A DNA stretch of 53,806 nt from a virus (lineage: Duplodnaviria; Caudoviricetes), in IMG/VR virus record IMGVR_UViG_3300018933_000006, positions 1 through 53,806 of that record; one strand, 5' to 3'. Shown in pieces: positions 8,013-19,473 of the stretch (position 1 is the first letter of the stretch; every line of letters begins with the position of its first letter). The translations under genes were made by a program, and so were the position numbers. The notes under the pieces are model-generated. The model ran no database searches. It was not told the DNA's origin and saw only the letters and a list, made by a program, of their open reading frames with translations.

Positions 8013-8465
8013 TCAGGTGGCGGGCTCGACGATCAGCTCGCGGGACGCGAACGACGCGGTATCGGTGCCCACGGACGACCTCATCAGCAGGCGGGTGTTG
8101 TAGGTCTCTCCCGGTGTGAGCCCGGTCAGCAGATGGACCACGCCGCTCCGGGCGAACGTGTTGCCGTAGTGGCTGGCGCCGATCGCGTCGACCGGGGTCT
8201 CCACGACGGTGCCGGCGCCGACGGTCCCACCGAGGCGGGTCTCCGGTGCGAGCAAACTGCCCGACGTCGCGGATGAGTTGACCATGCGGGCCGCCGCGTG
8301 GATCTTCACCCGGCCCGTGGTCGGCGCGACCCACACGACCGAGCAGTCCGCGCCGGACGTGGTGTACGCGGTCGACGTGGTCGTCACCGTACTGGACTGC
8401 GTGTCGGCCACCGTCGGCGGCGTGTCCGCCGCTTTGATGATGCTGCCGGGCGGCAGGTCAGGCAT
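8013..8465 (-). CDS. Minor tail protein
   Basis: Thr/Ser-rich beta protein, last gene of tail operon. Confidence 0.75.
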   Translation of the reverse strand: MPDLPPGSIIKAADTPPTVADTQSSTVTTTSTAYTTSGADCSVVWVAPTTGRVKIHAAARMVNSSATSGSLLAPETRLGGTVGAGTVVETPVDAIGASHYGNTFARSGVVHLLTGLTPGETYNTRLLMRSSVGTDTASFASRELIVEPAT

Positions 8466-8477
8466 GCGCCCTCCTCC

Positions 8478-11400
8478 TCAGAGTGCTCGGACGGCGGGCC
8501 GTGCGAGCGTCACGGCCTGACCGGCCGTCTGCGGTTTGATGACCCCGTTCACGGACCGCGCCACCGTCATGATCTGCGGGTTGATGACCTCGAAGTTGTC
8601 GTACCTGATCTCGACCGTGGCCGCGTTGGTGTTCGTCGCGGGCCGACTCGACCGAGTGCCGATCTGATAGGCCGACGCGAGTGAGGTGTCGGTGCCCTCC
8701 ACATGCCAGACGCTGGGCTCAGGAGCAGAAGCGAGCCAGGCCTTGGCCCTCAGCTGGCTGCCGCGGCCCTGGAACCGCACCCGGACGAACTGCCCGGGGG
8801 TGTGCGAGAAGGGCAGCGTGTAGACGCTGCCGACCGCCGTGTTCGCCCCGGCGAGCAACTTGCGGATGGACAGGACGACCGAGTTGCCCACGTTGAACCC
8901 AACTCTGGCCTGGTACATGTTGCTGGCGTCCTGCATACGCGCTGTCGGTCCCCCGAACAGGGCGTCGCCGGCCGCCGTGGCGCTGGTCGTGACGTCGCAG
9001 TACAGGTCGAAATCGGCGTGCACGGCGTTCACGGCGGTGCGGCGGGAGACGTCCACGGTGGTGAGGACTTGCACCCCGTACCCGGACTGGACGGCATAGT
9101 CCGACGCGGCCCCGCCGCCGACGACGGCCCACGGCGTGCCGGTGTCCGGCGAGCCCCAGCCGCCCGCGACGGTCCGGGAGAAGGTGTCCCGCAGCCACGA
9201 TCTGACCACGCTGGCTGCGACCTCCTCGCCGCCGACCGTCAGCGCCAGCGGCATGTCCGCGGGCGCAGTGGTCCACGGCAGCCCGGCCGTGGTCAGGACG
9301 TGCAGAGTGGTAGCGTCCGCCGTCGCCGCGGCGGCCAGCTGGCTCCCCGAGGACTCCCGCCGGGCCAGTGAGAAATCGTTCCGGACCGCCACCCTCCACG
9401 GGGTGGCCGGGGCGCACACGAGATCGATCTCCCACGTGCGGACACCGATCCGCTCCGTGTAGCCCTGCACGAGCAGGTCGACGGGGCCGGGCGGCAGCCA
9501 GTCCGGCAAGTCCGTGATCCGGATCAGGTCGCCCTCGACGAGATCGAGGACGGAACCGATCAGCTCCGGTGCCTTGTGCAGGCGGATGGTGATGACCGGG
9601 TAGCGTGCCTCGTCGACGGTGCCGAGGTGCATACGCCAGTACGCGATGGGCTCCGTCTGCGAGTCGGAGTACAGGTTGAGGGTGACTGTGTCGTCGTAGC
9701 GGCCGACCCCGGCGGGCGGCGGGCTCACCGAGAGGGGGCCTGAGGTCAGCTCCGCCCGGCCCGACGAGCCGCCGATGCGTTCCACGGTGACGTCGTTGCG
9801 GACGGTCGAGTCGTCATCGATCGGCTCCAGCCGCCCCAGCGCCTTCGACCCGTAGGACAGGATCAGCACGGGCGCCTGGTTGTACTGCGACGTCCGCGAG
9901 CGGTACCTGAGCCCCAGCCGCTCGCGGCCCTCGACGAGGATCCCGCCGTCCGCCTGTTCGCACTGGAACAGCTGCTCCAGCAGTGTGGCCGGACGCTGAG
10001 GGCCCATCCGCGTAGTCTCGCTCTGCGCGCCGGTGACGAGGATCGGTAGGCCCTCTTCGCGCCCCAGCCTTAGCAGACGGGCAGCGGCGGTCTCGCCGAG
10101 GTAGCCGTCATCGGCTCCGTCGAAGATCTTCGTGTCCGTGGCCTGGAACACGGCGACATGGCCGATGACGGTGCCGTCCATGCCTACGCCGAAGGAGCTG
10201 CGGATCTGGCGGACAGTGCCGACCTGCCCGGGGAATGAGCGGGAGTGAAAAACCCCGGACGCGCTGACGTTGAGCCAGGCGATATCGACATCGACGTTCG
10301 CCCCGTTCTGCCGCGCGAAGATGCGCAACCGGTTGTTGCTGCCGAAGAAGTTCGGGGTCGTGCCCGCCGTGCTGCTGACGGACAGCAGCTGGGTGCCGTT
10401 GGCGTCGAAGGCCCTGAAGCGCACATTGTCGGTCTGAACCTCCACGGTCCAGCGGGTGGCTGTGCCGGTAGTCGCCAGCTCGAAGAACGTAGCCAGCGCG
10501 GTCGGCGCCGTGGGGATGCGGTAGACCATCTCGACCTGCCACGGCCCGGTGCCGGACGCGGGCGGCGGGACGTCAGCCGACCAGGCTGCTCCAGCTTCCA
10601 CGACCGGCAGGGGAGCCGACCCGAAGAACGAGTCATCGCTGGCCATCGCGAAGTTGGTCAGCTTCGCGGGCTTCACGCCCCGGATAGGGCTGGAGGCCCG
10701 GTTGGCCTCCCTGTCGTCCTCCATCGGCCAATACGCGATCAGCGTGGGATCCGACGGAATACGGCGGCGCAACGTGGAGGCGAGGAGCTTCTCACCCGTG
10801 TTCAGGCGGCGCAGGATGCCGGCGCCCTCGCCCTCCACCGTGATCAGATGTCCGCCTCGGCTCCACTCGGCCGGCCAGTCGGAGTACTCGCCGACGAACC
10901 GAATCTGCCGGTTGGTGATCTCCGCGCCGCCGGACGGTGTCCACGTACGGCCCACAGCATCCACGAAGGAGACCGCGCCCGCCGCGGGCTGTGAGAAGTT
11001 CGGGTTGGCGACGATGGTGCCGTTGATGCCGGAGCGCAGCTCGAAGGCGTGGATCCGGCCGGATGGCCGCTCGAAGCCAAGGTCCGGACTGTCACCCACG
11101 ACGACAGGCGCTGTCGAGGAGAACACCGAGGTGATCCCCGTGTTGACGACCGGGGCACCAAGCTGCGTCCAGGGCCCGGCGATGGTGGGGGCGGTGTAGA
11201 AGGTCACCACGTGGCCACCCGACCCGTTATCCACGTCGAGTGTCGCCCGCACGGCGAGGCGCCCTGAGGGAGGCACGGCGATCGGCGAGGTCGAGGTGTA
11301 CTGCGAGACGGTGGAGCCGTCGGCCGTCCAGCGCCAGATGAGACAGCCGTTGGTCCACACGAAGAGCGCCCACGACCGTTGGTTGCCCGGCACTCCGTAC

Positions 11401-11816
11401 TTCGAGGCCAGCTCCCGGGAGTTGCTGGCGGCGAACCACGTGTCCAGGGTGGCATCCACCCTGACGTCGAGGTCGCCTGTGATGCCGAGACTCGGGTGGT
11501 CGGGTGTAGAGGCTCCGTTGCCCGCCGTATCCGGGAGCCACAGGTACCGCTCTCCGGCATGGAAGCTGACCCGCATCGGAGTGTTACGGCCGATCTTCCC
11601 GTAGTACGGGCTGCGCGGGTTGCGCGGCGAGAAGAGGCCGTTCGGCGACTTGAGGGTGAGGGAGCAGGAGGCCGGGTCGACCGTTGCTCCCTCACCCGTG
11701 CGCCCGCGGGTGTGCGTGATGATGTCGCGCAGCTGCGCGTACTGCGTGACGTCCGTCCATACGCCCCCGATCTGGAACTCCACCGTTGTGCCAAGCGGGT
11801 CCTCCGGGAACGCCAT
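8478..11816 (-). CDS. Large multidomain tail tip protein (hub/receptor-binding, LamG/ConA-like inserts)
   Basis: 1112 aa directly after tape measure; WTDVTQY N-terminus, IAYWPMED lectin-like motif. Confidence 0.85.
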   Translation of the reverse strand: MAFPEDPLGTTVEFQIGGVWTDVTQYAQLRDIITHTRGRTGEGATVDPASCSLTLKSPNGLFSPRNPRSPYYGKIGRNTPMRVSFHAGERYLWLPDTAGNGASTPDHPSLGITGDLDVRVDATLDTWFAASNSRELASKYGVPGNQRSWALFVWTNGCLIWRWTADGSTVSQYTSTSPIAVPPSGRLAVRATLDVDNGSGGHVVTFYTAPTIAGPWTQLGAPVVNTGITSVFSSTAPVVVGDSPDLGFERPSGRIHAFELRSGINGTIVANPNFSQPAAGAVSFVDAVGRTWTPSGGAEITNRQIRFVGEYSDWPAEWSRGGHLITVEGEGAGILRRLNTGEKLLASTLRRRIPSDPTLIAYWPMEDDREANRASSPIRGVKPAKLTNFAMASDDSFFGSAPLPVVEAGAAWSADVPPPASGTGPWQVEMVYRIPTAPTALATFFELATTGTATRWTVEVQTDNVRFRAFDANGTQLLSVSSTAGTTPNFFGSNNRLRIFARQNGANVDVDIAWLNVSASGVFHSRSFPGQVGTVRQIRSSFGVGMDGTVIGHVAVFQATDTKIFDGADDGYLGETAAARLLRLGREEGLPILVTGAQSETTRMGPQRPATLLEQLFQCEQADGGILVEGRERLGLRYRSRTSQYNQAPVLILSYGSKALGRLEPIDDDSTVRNDVTVERIGGSSGRAELTSGPLSVSPPPAGVGRYDDTVTLNLYSDSQTEPIAYWRMHLGTVDEARYPVITIRLHKAPELIGSVLDLVEGDLIRITDLPDWLPPGPVDLLVQGYTERIGVRTWEIDLVCAPATPWRVAVRNDFSLARRESSGSQLAAAATADATTLHVLTTAGLPWTTAPADMPLALTVGGEEVAASVVRSWLRDTFSRTVAGGWGSPDTGTPWAVVGGGAASDYAVQSGYGVQVLTTVDVSRRTAVNAVHADFDLYCDVTTSATAAGDALFGGPTARMQDASNMYQARVGFNVGNSVVLSIRKLLAGANTAVGSVYTLPFSHTPGQFVRVRFQGRGSQLRAKAWLASAPEPSVWHVEGTDTSLASAYQIGTRSSRPATNTNAATVEIRYDNFEVINPQIMTVARSVNGVIKPQTAGQAVTLARPAVRAL

Positions 11817-14800
11817 CAGCGGCTCCTCCTTCCAGCCAGCACCAGGTCGACGTCGCCGCCGCCCTTCTTCCGGATGCCGCGCCGCATCCGCTCCACCAGG
11901 TAGTCGTCCTCACCGCGGCCGGACGAGTGCATCTCCAGCACGATCCGCTGCGACGCGGAGGCGCGCGCCCGCGCGCTCGCCATGTCCCACGAGCCCGGCG
12001 CCGGCGTCTCCACCAGGGAGGCCATGGACCGGTTGACGGCCCGACGGCCGCCCTCGATGCCCTGCCGCAGGCCCTCCGCCGTGTATGCGCCGACCTGCGC
12101 CATCACCCGCGACGGGCTCTTGATGCCCAAGGCCTTCTTGATCGCCTTGGACATGCTCTGCGCGATCCGCATCATCTGCGTCTCGATCGCCTTCTGCTGC
12201 GCCTTCAGCCCGCGCACCAGGCCCTGCCCGGCCCGGATGCCCGCGCCGTACATGGCGTTCCCGGCCGTCGCCCCGGCCTGCCCAGCGGCAGTGACGAGCG
12301 CGCCCTGTTCCTTGTTGATCGCCTTGATCTGCCCGCCGGTCGCGTTCGCCAGCGCCGCAGCGGCAGACGAGCCCTGCTCCACCCCGGCCTGCGCGATCTG
12401 CGCGATCAGGTCTGACCTGACGCCCTTCTTCCGCAGGGTCGCCAAGTTCTTGGCGAACTGCTCGGCGGCCTTACGGTCGGCCTGGAGCCCGGCAAGGATC
12501 GTGTCCGCGGTCTGCGGCCAGCCGCCGGTGTCCTGGCCGGTGATGTTCGCGCCCTCCAGGACGCCCTTGCGCACGTCTGCCGCCAACTTGTCGCGGGCCT
12601 TGATCTGGTTGGCGAGCATCTTGGTCGCGGACTTCATCCGGCCGGCGAGCCGGGCCTCTCTGTTGGCGAGCGTGAGCAGCTGCTTCGTGCCCGTGGCAAT
12701 TCGGCCGAGGGCTTTGGACCGTTTCTTGCCCGGCGACAGGGCATCCCGGACGATGTCCGCCAGCTTGGTCGACGCGGCGCGGACCTGCTTCGACGAGCCG
12801 GTCAGCCCCTGCACGAGACCGCGCGCGATCCACTGGCCCTGCTTGGCGGTCACCTTGGACGGCGACGCGATGCCCAGGGCCTTCGCGATCGGGCCGGGGA
12901 TCACGCTCTTGGCCCATCCGATCAGCGTGTCCTTCAGCCAGCCGCCCATCGATTTGATGCCGGACCACAGGCCCCGGACGATGTCCGCGCCCTTGGACAC
13001 GAGCAGACCACCGAGCGAGCCGACAGCCCGCGAGATCGAGGCGGGCCAGTTCCTCATCCACGTGACCAGCTCCCCGGCCTTCCGGACCGCGGCGTCCTTC
13101 ATCCGGGAGAAGTAGCCGAGCACCAGCCCGGGCACCTGGGCGAGCATCATCACCGCGGTGACGACGCCGCGGACGGCACCCTTCACCTTGTCCCACACCC
13201 ACCGCCAGGCGGCGGACGTGTACTTCTTGACGCTGTCCCAGTTCGCGATGATCAGCGCAGTTAGGCCGACGATCGTCGCGATCACCCAGCCCACCGGGCC
13301 CATCGCCACCAGCCACTGCGCGGCCATCACAGCCGCCCACGCGACCGCCCGCGCCGCCATCAGAGCGAACTGCCCGACGGTCACCGCAGCGACCCGCAGC
13401 ACGGTGGCCAGGAAGGTCACCGTCATCCGCACGCCGGCGGCCACCCAGGCGGCAGCCACCCGCAGCGCGTTGGCCGTAGCCGACGCCGCCATCGCCAGGA
13501 ACGCCCCGACCGCGCGCAGCTGCATCGCCACCCACGCGCCGGCCGTACGCAGAGCCGCGCCCACCTGGATCGCGGCGCCCTTCACGGCCGCCGCACCCGC
13601 GGTCACCCAACCCCACATCACCCGCCCGGCCGCGGTCATCGCGGTCACGCCCATGAGGACGAGCGCGGGCACCAGCACAGCCGTGATCGCCAACCCGGCG
13701 ACCTTGAAGGCGGTCGAGTGCTCCTCGACAAAGCGGAAGAGCTTCATGAGAGCCGGGATGGCCTGGTTGCCGAGGAAGTCGACCAGTTCCTGCATTGCGC
13801 GCCGCTTGAAGGCCTCGACGTTCGCTCCCGCGTTGTCGCGCAGGGAGTCGCCCATCTTGTCGGCGGCACCGCCGACCTCGCCCAGTGCGCTCGTCGCCTT
13901 AGACGGGTCCAGCGCGAACAGTGCGCGCTGGGTGTCCTCGGCCTTCGTGCCGAACAAGGCCAGCGCGATGGCCTGCCGGTCGCTCTCGCTGCCGACACCG
14001 CGCAGGCCGTCGAAGACCTTGTCCAGGGCTGCGCGAGCCTCCGGGCCGCCCTCTGAGAACGCCGTCTGCATCTCCTTGCCGGAGAGGCCGATCTTCTTGA
14101 ATGCGTCGTCGACTGCCTCGCCGCCGCCCTGGGTGATCAACACGAACTCTTTGAGGCTGTCGGCGATGACGTCGGTGTCGCGAGCGCCCGCCTGCATGCC
14201 CTGGCTGAGCAAGCCCGTCGCCGTCTTGGCGTCGATGCCTGTCTGCCGAAAGATCGTGGAGTACTCGTTGAACGTGTCCATCAAGTCATCGGCCCTGGGG
14301 CCCATGACCTGGAGGCCCCGGGTGAAGATGTTCAGGGCTTCCGTGCCGTCCTTCGCCAAGCCGGTCTTGATGGCCTGGCCGACAGCGTTCGCCGTCTGGC
14401 CCAAGTCCAGCTCGAACGTGGTCGCCAGGTCAGAGACCTTGGTCGCGAGGGACTGGAGTTGAGCCTCGGTGGCCTGCGGCGGGGCGATGCCCGCCCGCAT
14501 CGTGGCCGAGATCGCGTCCGCCGCGCTCTGGAAGTCCTGCGTGACGGCGTCGGCGTACATGCGTCCGGCGATACGCCCGTACCGCTGTGCCTCCGCCGGC
14601 GTCGCTCCGAGCTGAGCGCCCAGCCGCCCCGTGATCTGCGACTGCTCCATCGCCTGCGCGAACGCATTCATCATCACTGCGCCGGCCGCCAGCCCTGCGG
14701 CAGCAGCGACCATCTGGAGGCGGCCGAGGCGGGACTCGGTCTCCTGCACTGCCTCGTCGGCCCCGTCGGCGGCGCTGTCGGTGAGCCCGTCACCGACGGC

Positions 14801-15040
14801 GTCCCCCGCGCGGCGGCCGGCGGCGACGAACTGCCCGCGCGCGTTGCGCAGGCGGCCGTCGGTGCCGCGGACGATGCCGTCACCGAGCTGCTCGCCGACC
14901 TCGTCGCCGGTTCGCTGAGCGTCGTCGCCCATGCGCTGCCCGGAGGCGCGGATGGCGTCCTCGGTGCGGCGCAGGGCGGGGTCCACGGCGCGGTCGTCTA
15001 CGGACAGAATCGCGTTCAGCTCGCCGACGGTCAGCGCCAC
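11816..15040 (-). CDS. Tape measure protein
   Basis: Ala/Gly-rich helical ~1074 aa; [30 protein letters not shown] motifs; RBS AAGGAGG before GTG. Confidence 0.95.
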   Translation of the reverse strand: MALTVGELNAILSVDDRAVDPALRRTEDAIRASGQRMGDDAQRTGDEVGEQLGDGIVRGTDGRLRNARGQFVAAGRRAGDAVGDGLTDSAADGADEAVQETESRLGRLQMVAAAAGLAAGAVMMNAFAQAMEQSQITGRLGAQLGATPAEAQRYGRIAGRMYADAVTQDFQSAADAISATMRAGIAPPQATEAQLQSLATKVSDLATTFELDLGQTANAVGQAIKTGLAKDGTEALNIFTRGLQVMGPRADDLMDTFNEYSTIFRQTGIDAKTATGLLSQGMQAGARDTDVIADSLKEFVLITQGGGEAVDDAFKKIGLSGKEMQTAFSEGGPEARAALDKVFDGLRGVGSESDRQAIALALFGTKAEDTQRALFALDPSKATSALGEVGGAADKMGDSLRDNAGANVEAFKRRAMQELVDFLGNQAIPALMKLFRFVEEHSTAFKVAGLAITAVLVPALVLMGVTAMTAAGRVMWGWVTAGAAAVKGAAIQVGAALRTAGAWVAMQLRAVGAFLAMAASATANALRVAAAWVAAGVRMTVTFLATVLRVAAVTVGQFALMAARAVAWAAVMAAQWLVAMGPVGWVIATIVGLTALIIANWDSVKKYTSAAWRWVWDKVKGAVRGVVTAVMMLAQVPGLVLGYFSRMKDAAVRKAGELVTWMRNWPASISRAVGSLGGLLVSKGADIVRGLWSGIKSMGGWLKDTLIGWAKSVIPGPIAKALGIASPSKVTAKQGQWIARGLVQGLTGSSKQVRAASTKLADIVRDALSPGKKRSKALGRIATGTKQLLTLANREARLAGRMKSATKMLANQIKARDKLAADVRKGVLEGANITGQDTGGWPQTADTILAGLQADRKAAEQFAKNLATLRKKGVRSDLIAQIAQAGVEQGSSAAAALANATGGQIKAINKEQGALVTAAGQAGATAGNAMYGAGIRAGQGLVRGLKAQQKAIETQMMRIAQSMSKAIKKALGIKSPSRVMAQVGAYTAEGLRQGIEGGRRAVNRSMASLVETPAPGSWDMASARARASASQRIVLEMHSSGRGEDDYLVERMRRGIRKKGGGDVDLVLAGRRSR

Positions 15041-15042
15041 GG

Positions 15043-15432
15043 CTACCTCCTTCGGGGTGTGCGGGGGTGGTGATCCTCGGGAGGCGGCGCGAAGTGGCGG
15101 TGAAGGCGCGTCTCGGCGGAGAGGAGGCCGAGGATGCGGACCTTCAGCCACCGCCAGGTGCGGCGCTGGAGGATGCTGTTGCCCTCGGCGCGGCCGTCCT
15201 CGACGTCAATGCCGTACTCGCTGTGAAGGTCGGCTTCGATGAGCGGCCACTGCTCCAGCAGCCTGTCCCAGGTCAGGTCCGGGGCGCCTTGCCCCGTCCG
15301 CCCCTGCTTCGGCGCTGGGATCCCGCCCTCGTACCACTCGTAGAGGCCGGTGACGGGGTCCCGTTCGCCGCGGCCGACTCCGAGGAGCCGCGCGACGCCT
15401 GCCGACGCTCCGCCCTGTTCCTCGCTTTTCCC
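15043..15432 (-). CDS. Tail assembly chaperone, -1 frameshift extension (gpT-like)
   Basis: -1 frame open from the slippery site; WPLIEADLHSEYGIDV...TWRWLKVRILGLL. Confidence 0.85.
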   Translation of the reverse strand, partial: GKSEEQGGASAGVARLLGVGRGERDPVTGLYEWYEGGIPAPKQGRTGQGAPDLTWDRLLEQWPLIEADLHSEYGIDVEDGRAEGNSILQRRTWRWLKVRILGLLSAETRLHRHFAPPPEDHHPRTPRRR

Positions 15433-15806
15433 GGTTGCTGGCCCGTTCGCCAGAACTGCTCGGCGGTCTCCTTGTCGGTGGTCACCCAGAACATGGCCGT
15501 GAGCGCGACGTGCTTGAACGCGCCCCACTTCAACTCCGTACGGAGACGGTCGTAGGCGTCGCCGAGGCACATCCGGTACAGGTCCAGCTCCTCCTCGTCG
15601 TCGAGGACAGGGCTGTCCGGGGCCTTCCCGCCGGCGGCGAGCCGGGCCGCCAGCGAGGTGATCCGCTCGATACGGATGCCGTCCTCGGCGGACGGCTCCT
15701 CGATGCGGTACACGCGGGTCTGCCCGTCGCGGCCCTTCACGGGGAGGTCGAGGTAGTCGTCCAGGAACGCGTCGAGCGCCTCGAACGTGGTGCCGCCGCC
15801 GGCCAT
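15273..15806 (-). CDS. Tail assembly chaperone (gpG-like)
   Basis: Between tail tube and tape measure genes; contains G GGA AAA. Confidence 0.88.
   Translation of the reverse strand: MAGGGTTFEALDAFLDDYLDLPVKGRDGQTRVYRIEEPSAEDGIRIERITSLAARLAAGGKAPDSPVLDDEEELDLYRMCLGDAYDRLRTELKWGAFKHVALTAMFWVTTDKETAEQFWRTGQQPGKARNRAERRQASRGSSESAAANGTPSPASTSGTRAGSQRRSRGGRGKAPRT
15426..15432 (-). other. Programmed -1 ribosomal frameshift heptamer GGGAAAA
   Basis: CCG GGA AAA GCG in frame 0; GGG AAA AGC in the open -1 frame. Confidence 0.88.
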
Positions 15807-16279
15807 CAGGCGACCGGGTTCGTGATCGGGAGCAGCGGGCCGGTGCCGGTGAGGGTCATCTCGACCTGGTCCAGGGCGGTGTACTCGCCGCCGGACGGCG
15901 CCCAGGTGACCAGGGCGGTGCCCTCGTAGGCCTCGGGCAGGCCGTTGCGGTCGAAGTAGCGGACGTGGACCTCGGAGGCGGAGCCGAAGGCCAGGCTGGC
16001 GAGCCGGAAGGCCTCGTGGGTGGGGTGATAGACCTTCACCGTGTCGTTGATCTTCCGGTTGATGGTCACCCCCAGCTCCCAGGCCTGGCCGGTCTTCGTG
16101 TTCTCGGCCCAGCCCTCGCTGTCGTAGCTGGAGCTGTCCTCGATGTTCGGCTCGGCGGAGGGGTTGAACTCGGTGATGCCCGGCACCATCTGCCAGTCCG
16201 AGCCGTCCTTCGCGGCCGACATGTCGATCTCCAGCCGCCACCGTCGGGCGAGTGCGGTCACCGGGGTGGGTGTGGCCAT
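15806..16279 (-). CDS. Major tail (tube) protein
   Basis: 157 aa; EDSSSYDSEGW, VRYFDRNG, TLTGTG; synteny. Confidence 0.9.
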   Translation of the reverse strand: MATPTPVTALARRWRLEIDMSAAKDGSDWQMVPGITEFNPSAEPNIEDSSSYDSEGWAENTKTGQAWELGVTINRKINDTVKVYHPTHEAFRLASLAFGSASEVHVRYFDRNGLPEAYEGTALVTWAPSGGEYTALDQVEMTLTGTGPLLPITNPVA

Positions 16280-16289
16280 TGCGGTCCTC

Positions 16290-16721
16290 CTAGTCGATCA
16301 AGTGAGACCCGGACCGCGCGGTCCGGAAGTAGAAGTTCGAGGTCAGTTCCATGCGCCCGTGGGCGTCCTGACCGATCCACGCCTGCGACTGCCGCCACGA
16401 CAGGGCCACGTGGATGCCGCCGCAGGCGTAGTGCTGCCGGTTGTGCAGCGCGTCGAACACCGCGTCGGCGAGGTCGTCGATCACGTCCGGGTCGCGGCCC
16501 GCGCGGATGCGGAACTGCACTCCAGTGATCGCGTTCGTGGTGTCGTCGTCCGCGACCGGGTAGGCGGTCATGCCGATCGCCCGGTCCGGCTGGTCAGGCA
16601 TCACGGCGCGGAAGATGCCGGTCTCGTGCTCCTCAACCACGCCGTCGGGTCTGAAGACGCCGACGCCGGCCTCAGCGAGGAGGCCGGCGATCCCGTCGAG
16701 GAGGCTGCTGGTGTAGCTCAC
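16290..16721 (-). CDS. Tail terminator ('minor capsid' family)
   Basis: MPDQPDRAI, VQFRIRA, IGQDAHGRMELTSNF; synteny. Confidence 0.8.
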   Translation of the reverse strand: MSYTSSLLDGIAGLLAEAGVGVFRPDGVVEEHETGIFRAVMPDQPDRAIGMTAYPVADDDTTNAITGVQFRIRAGRDPDVIDDLADAVFDALHNRQHYACGGIHVALSWRQSQAWIGQDAHGRMELTSNFYFRTARSGSHLID

Positions 16722-17068
16722 CGCATCGCCCGCCTCAGCTCGGCGGCGATGAGCGCGGCGACCTCCTGGCGGCTGGCGTTGAGGCTGTTCTCCAGATACT
16801 TCGCCGTCCGACCAGGGGCATGACGCCAGGTCAGCTCCTCGTGCTGGCGCACCGCGTACGGCCCGTCGAAGCTCACCATCCCGGTCAGCGACGGCACGTC
16901 CACGCTCGCTGTCCCGGTGGACTGGAGGTACCCCTCGTCGAGCGGCACCCGGTCCGTGGCCAGGCCAAGGACGTGTTCGGTGCCGAAATACAGGCCGCGG
17001 GCGGCAGCTGCGCGTAGCTCGCGTGCCGCTGCTGCCGCCTCGAAGCGCATCCGGAAGTTCTGCGGCAC
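16718..17068 (-). CDS. Neck/tail completion protein (HK97 gp10-like)
   Basis: VPLDEGYLQST, PYAVRQHE, AKYLE motifs. Confidence 0.8.
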   Translation of the reverse strand: MPQNFRMRFEAAAAARELRAAAARGLYFGTEHVLGLATDRVPLDEGYLQSTGTASVDVPSLTGMVSFDGPYAVRQHEELTWRHAPGRTAKYLENSLNASRQEVAALIAAELRRAMR

Positions 17069-17080
17069 GGCGGCCTCCCA

Positions 17081-17108
17081 CTATTCGAGTTGGACTATTC
17101 GAGTTGGA
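17081..17108. repeat. Perfect 14-bp tandem duplication CTATTCGAGTTGGA x2
   Basis: Copies at 17081-17094 and 17095-17108. Confidence 0.95.
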
Positions 17109-17415
17109 TCTCCACGTGGTTCGGGGTGCCGAGCCCGCGGCCGTCGCGCCGCGCGGTCTGGATCACCTTCGTGACCCGGCCCGAGGGGAGCGTCACCCGC
17201 GACAGTGGCGGCACCTCCTGCTCCTCCGGGCCCGCATACGCGGTGGAGGTAGAGGTGACCTGCTCGCCGCCCGGGTTGCGGACGGCTCGTGTCGTCTCGT
17301 CGACCAGGCAGCGCACCGTGCGCGCGGGCCCGTACTTCGGTCCCTTGCTGGTGTTGCCGAGGTAGGCCTCGATCGTGATCGTGTGCACCAGGAAGCGGCG
17401 CGGCAGACCGGGCAT
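17095..17415 (-). CDS. Head-to-tail stopper
   Basis: 106 aa beta protein; synteny; TGATG overlap. Confidence 0.8.
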   Translation of the reverse strand: MPGLPRRFLVHTITIEAYLGNTSKGPKYGPARTVRCLVDETTRAVRNPGGEQVTSTSTAYAGPEEQEVPPLSRVTLPSGRVTKVIQTARRDGRGLGTPNHVEIQLE

Positions 17416-18077
17416 CAGACCGTCCAGGCGACGAGACGGAACCGGTCGCCCGGCAGGGACCGCAGCGCGCGAAGCATCTTCGGCGCGTAGTACGACGGCC
17501 CAGAGCGGTTCTCGCCGGCGCCGTACTGGATCTGCACCGAGCCGATGCTCACGCCCTGGAGTGGGCCGCTGATGTCGTTCTCCACGCCGACCTCCATCCA
17601 GAACTCGGCCTGCGCACACACGGCTTCGGCCAGCGCGGAGGCGACGACCGGGTCTGACGGCAGACCGTCATCGGTGGTGTCGTAGACGGCCGGGACGAGG
17701 AAGTCCCGCTCCAGCATTCGCGACGCCTCCAGCAGCAGGCGAGCCGAGTCGAGCGGCGGCGCCGCACCGAGGTACTCGGCCAGCTGCGTCGTCGTCGCAT
17801 ACACCCGGCCCGTCACGCCCACGGCCGGTGCCGGGGCTACGGAGACGACTTCGTGCTGCACGCTCGCGCCGGTCCCGGTGACCGTCCACGACAGCCGCCA
17901 CAGCCCCGCCGCGGTGTAGGTGAGCGTGGCCGTCCACGTCTTCCCGCCGTCGGCGGTGCCGGTGGTCGGTGTGGTGACCGCGCCGCTGGGCGAGGTCACG
18001 GCGAGGACGGCGCTGGTGGTGGCGTCGTGCGGGTCGACGGTGAGGGAGGCGGTGACGGTGTCGCCGACGTCGGGCAT
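17415..18077 (-). CDS. Head-to-tail adaptor with extra N-terminal Ig-like domain
   Basis: C-terminal YATTTQLAEYLG...EAVCAQAEFW...VSIGSVQIQY; N-terminal ~85 aa Thr-rich beta domain. Confidence 0.8.
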   Translation of the reverse strand: MPDVGDTVTASLTVDPHDATTSAVLAVTSPSGAVTTPTTGTADGGKTWTATLTYTAAGLWRLSWTVTGTGASVQHEVVSVAPAPAVGVTGRVYATTTQLAEYLGAAPPLDSARLLLEASRMLERDFLVPAVYDTTDDGLPSDPVVASALAEAVCAQAEFWMEVGVENDISGPLQGVSIGSVQIQYGAGENRSGPSYYAPKMLRALRSLPGDRFRLVAWTV

Positions 18078-18079
18078 GG

Positions 18080-18928
18080 TCAGCCTCCTGTCGTCGTGGT
18101 CGGGGTCAGGGTCGGCCTGCTGGTGGAAGGCGTGAGCGTCGGCCCGGTCGTGCTCGGGGTGAGGCGGCGGGCCGGCCGGGGCAGGCGCGCAATTGTGCCC
18201 GCGCGGGCGCGGGTGCGCGCGGCGCCGAGCTGGACAACATGGGCCGCGCTGATCGGCCGCGCGGTGACGGCGGCTTGGGCGGCGCCCAGGGTGTGGGTCT
18301 TCTGCCCTGCCAGCGGCCGAGCGGCGACCGCGGTGCGAGCCGCGCCGAGGAGGGCCAGGCTGGTAGGCAAGTTGACGTTGTCGACCTCGGCGAAGTTGTT
18401 CGCGCCGTCGGTGCGGGTCGACTCGATCAGCAGCGACAGATCCGCGTCCGCCACCCACGCCGGGGACGGCGAGGACCGCAGCACGGTCCAGCTGGTGCTG
18501 TCCGGGGAGACCTCCCACAGCAGCGTCCCGCCGGTCTCCCGCAGCCGCAGCCACGCGTGCGCGACCGGATCGTACGGCGGGAAGAGCGCGCCGCCGTCCG
18601 CGTAGCCGGTCCGGGAGTACAGGCCCATCGCGCCCTGGGCCGTGTCGATGATGAAACCGGCGTCCGTGCCGCCGGCCGAGCTGAGCACCAGCAGCGACAG
18701 GGCAGCCGTGGACGTCGCGCCGTTTGCTGGGGGCGGGTAGGCCCGCAGCAGAAAGTGGCTGTCCGCGAGGGTGTAGATCGTGGCCGAGCGGAGCCCGGAG
18801 AACCCCCCGACTGTGCAGGGGATCCGGGCTCTACCGCCGCTGGTGCCCGGGTCGCCGTAGGAGTTGGGCCACTTCGTGGTGTCAAGTGCGCCGGTGAAGC
18901 TGTCCTCCAGCGTCTCCAGGACCGGCAT
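18080..18928 (-). CDS. Virion accessory protein (lectin-like domain + repeats), candidate neck fibre
   Basis: Beta-rich domain (WLRLRETGGTLLWEVSPD), 3x LGAA repeats, 3x LTP(S/T)T. Confidence 0.65.
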   Translation of the reverse strand: MPVLETLEDSFTGALDTTKWPNSYGDPGTSGGRARIPCTVGGFSGLRSATIYTLADSHFLLRAYPPPANGATSTAALSLLVLSSAGGTDAGFIIDTAQGAMGLYSRTGYADGGALFPPYDPVAHAWLRLRETGGTLLWEVSPDSTSWTVLRSSPSPAWVADADLSLLIESTRTDGANNFAEVDNVNLPTSLALLGAARTAVAARPLAGQKTHTLGAAQAAVTARPISAAHVVQLGAARTRARAGTIARLPRPARRLTPSTTGPTLTPSTSRPTLTPTTTTGG

Positions 18929-18950
18929 GCCAGCCCTCCTCCCGGGCGGG

Positions 18951-19400
18951 TCAGGCGTTGGACTCGACCATCACGCCGTCGGCGTGGACGCGGGCGACGA
19001 TGTCTGTGCCGTCCGGGGTGACCGCGAAGTCGTGGTAGGTGAGCGGCACGAGCTGGGCGTCCGTTCCGCTGGTGGTGTCGGGGTCGTAGGCGATGACGAG
19101 CTTCCCCGTCGGCGCGCCGGTCGCGAGCGGCCAGCTGATGTCGTTCGCGTCGACCGAGGCGGTGTTCGCGACGTCGTTGACCGACACCACCACCCCGGTC
19201 AGCGCCACCCGCCCCATCGACGTCTGCTCCGTAGCCGGGCCCGCCAGCAGGTCGGCCACCGTGTCGTAGTCCTGGAGCAGATCGTCCGAGGGCAGTCCGG
19301 CTGCCTCCAGCGGGATCGCCACCAGGCCGTCGGCGGCCAGCGGGAGCCCGGCATAGTGCAGGATCCGGCCCTTCGCGATGTTGGCCACCACGTCCGCCAT
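18951..19400 (-). CDS. Virion accessory protein (collar-like)
   Basis: VANIAKG...DANDISW...PLTYHDFAVTPDGTDI; RBS GAGGAGG. Confidence 0.7.
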   Translation of the reverse strand: MADVVANIAKGRILHYAGLPLAADGLVAIPLEAAGLPSDDLLQDYDTVADLLAGPATEQTSMGRVALTGVVVSVNDVANTASVDANDISWPLATGAPTGKLVIAYDPDTTSGTDAQLVPLTYHDFAVTPDGTDIVARVHADGVMVESNA

Positions 19401-19473
19401 CGGCGGCCTCCTCTCTCAGGCGCGCGCGAGGGGGGCCCACCGCCAGGGCCTCCCTCGTCGCGGATCGGGTCGG

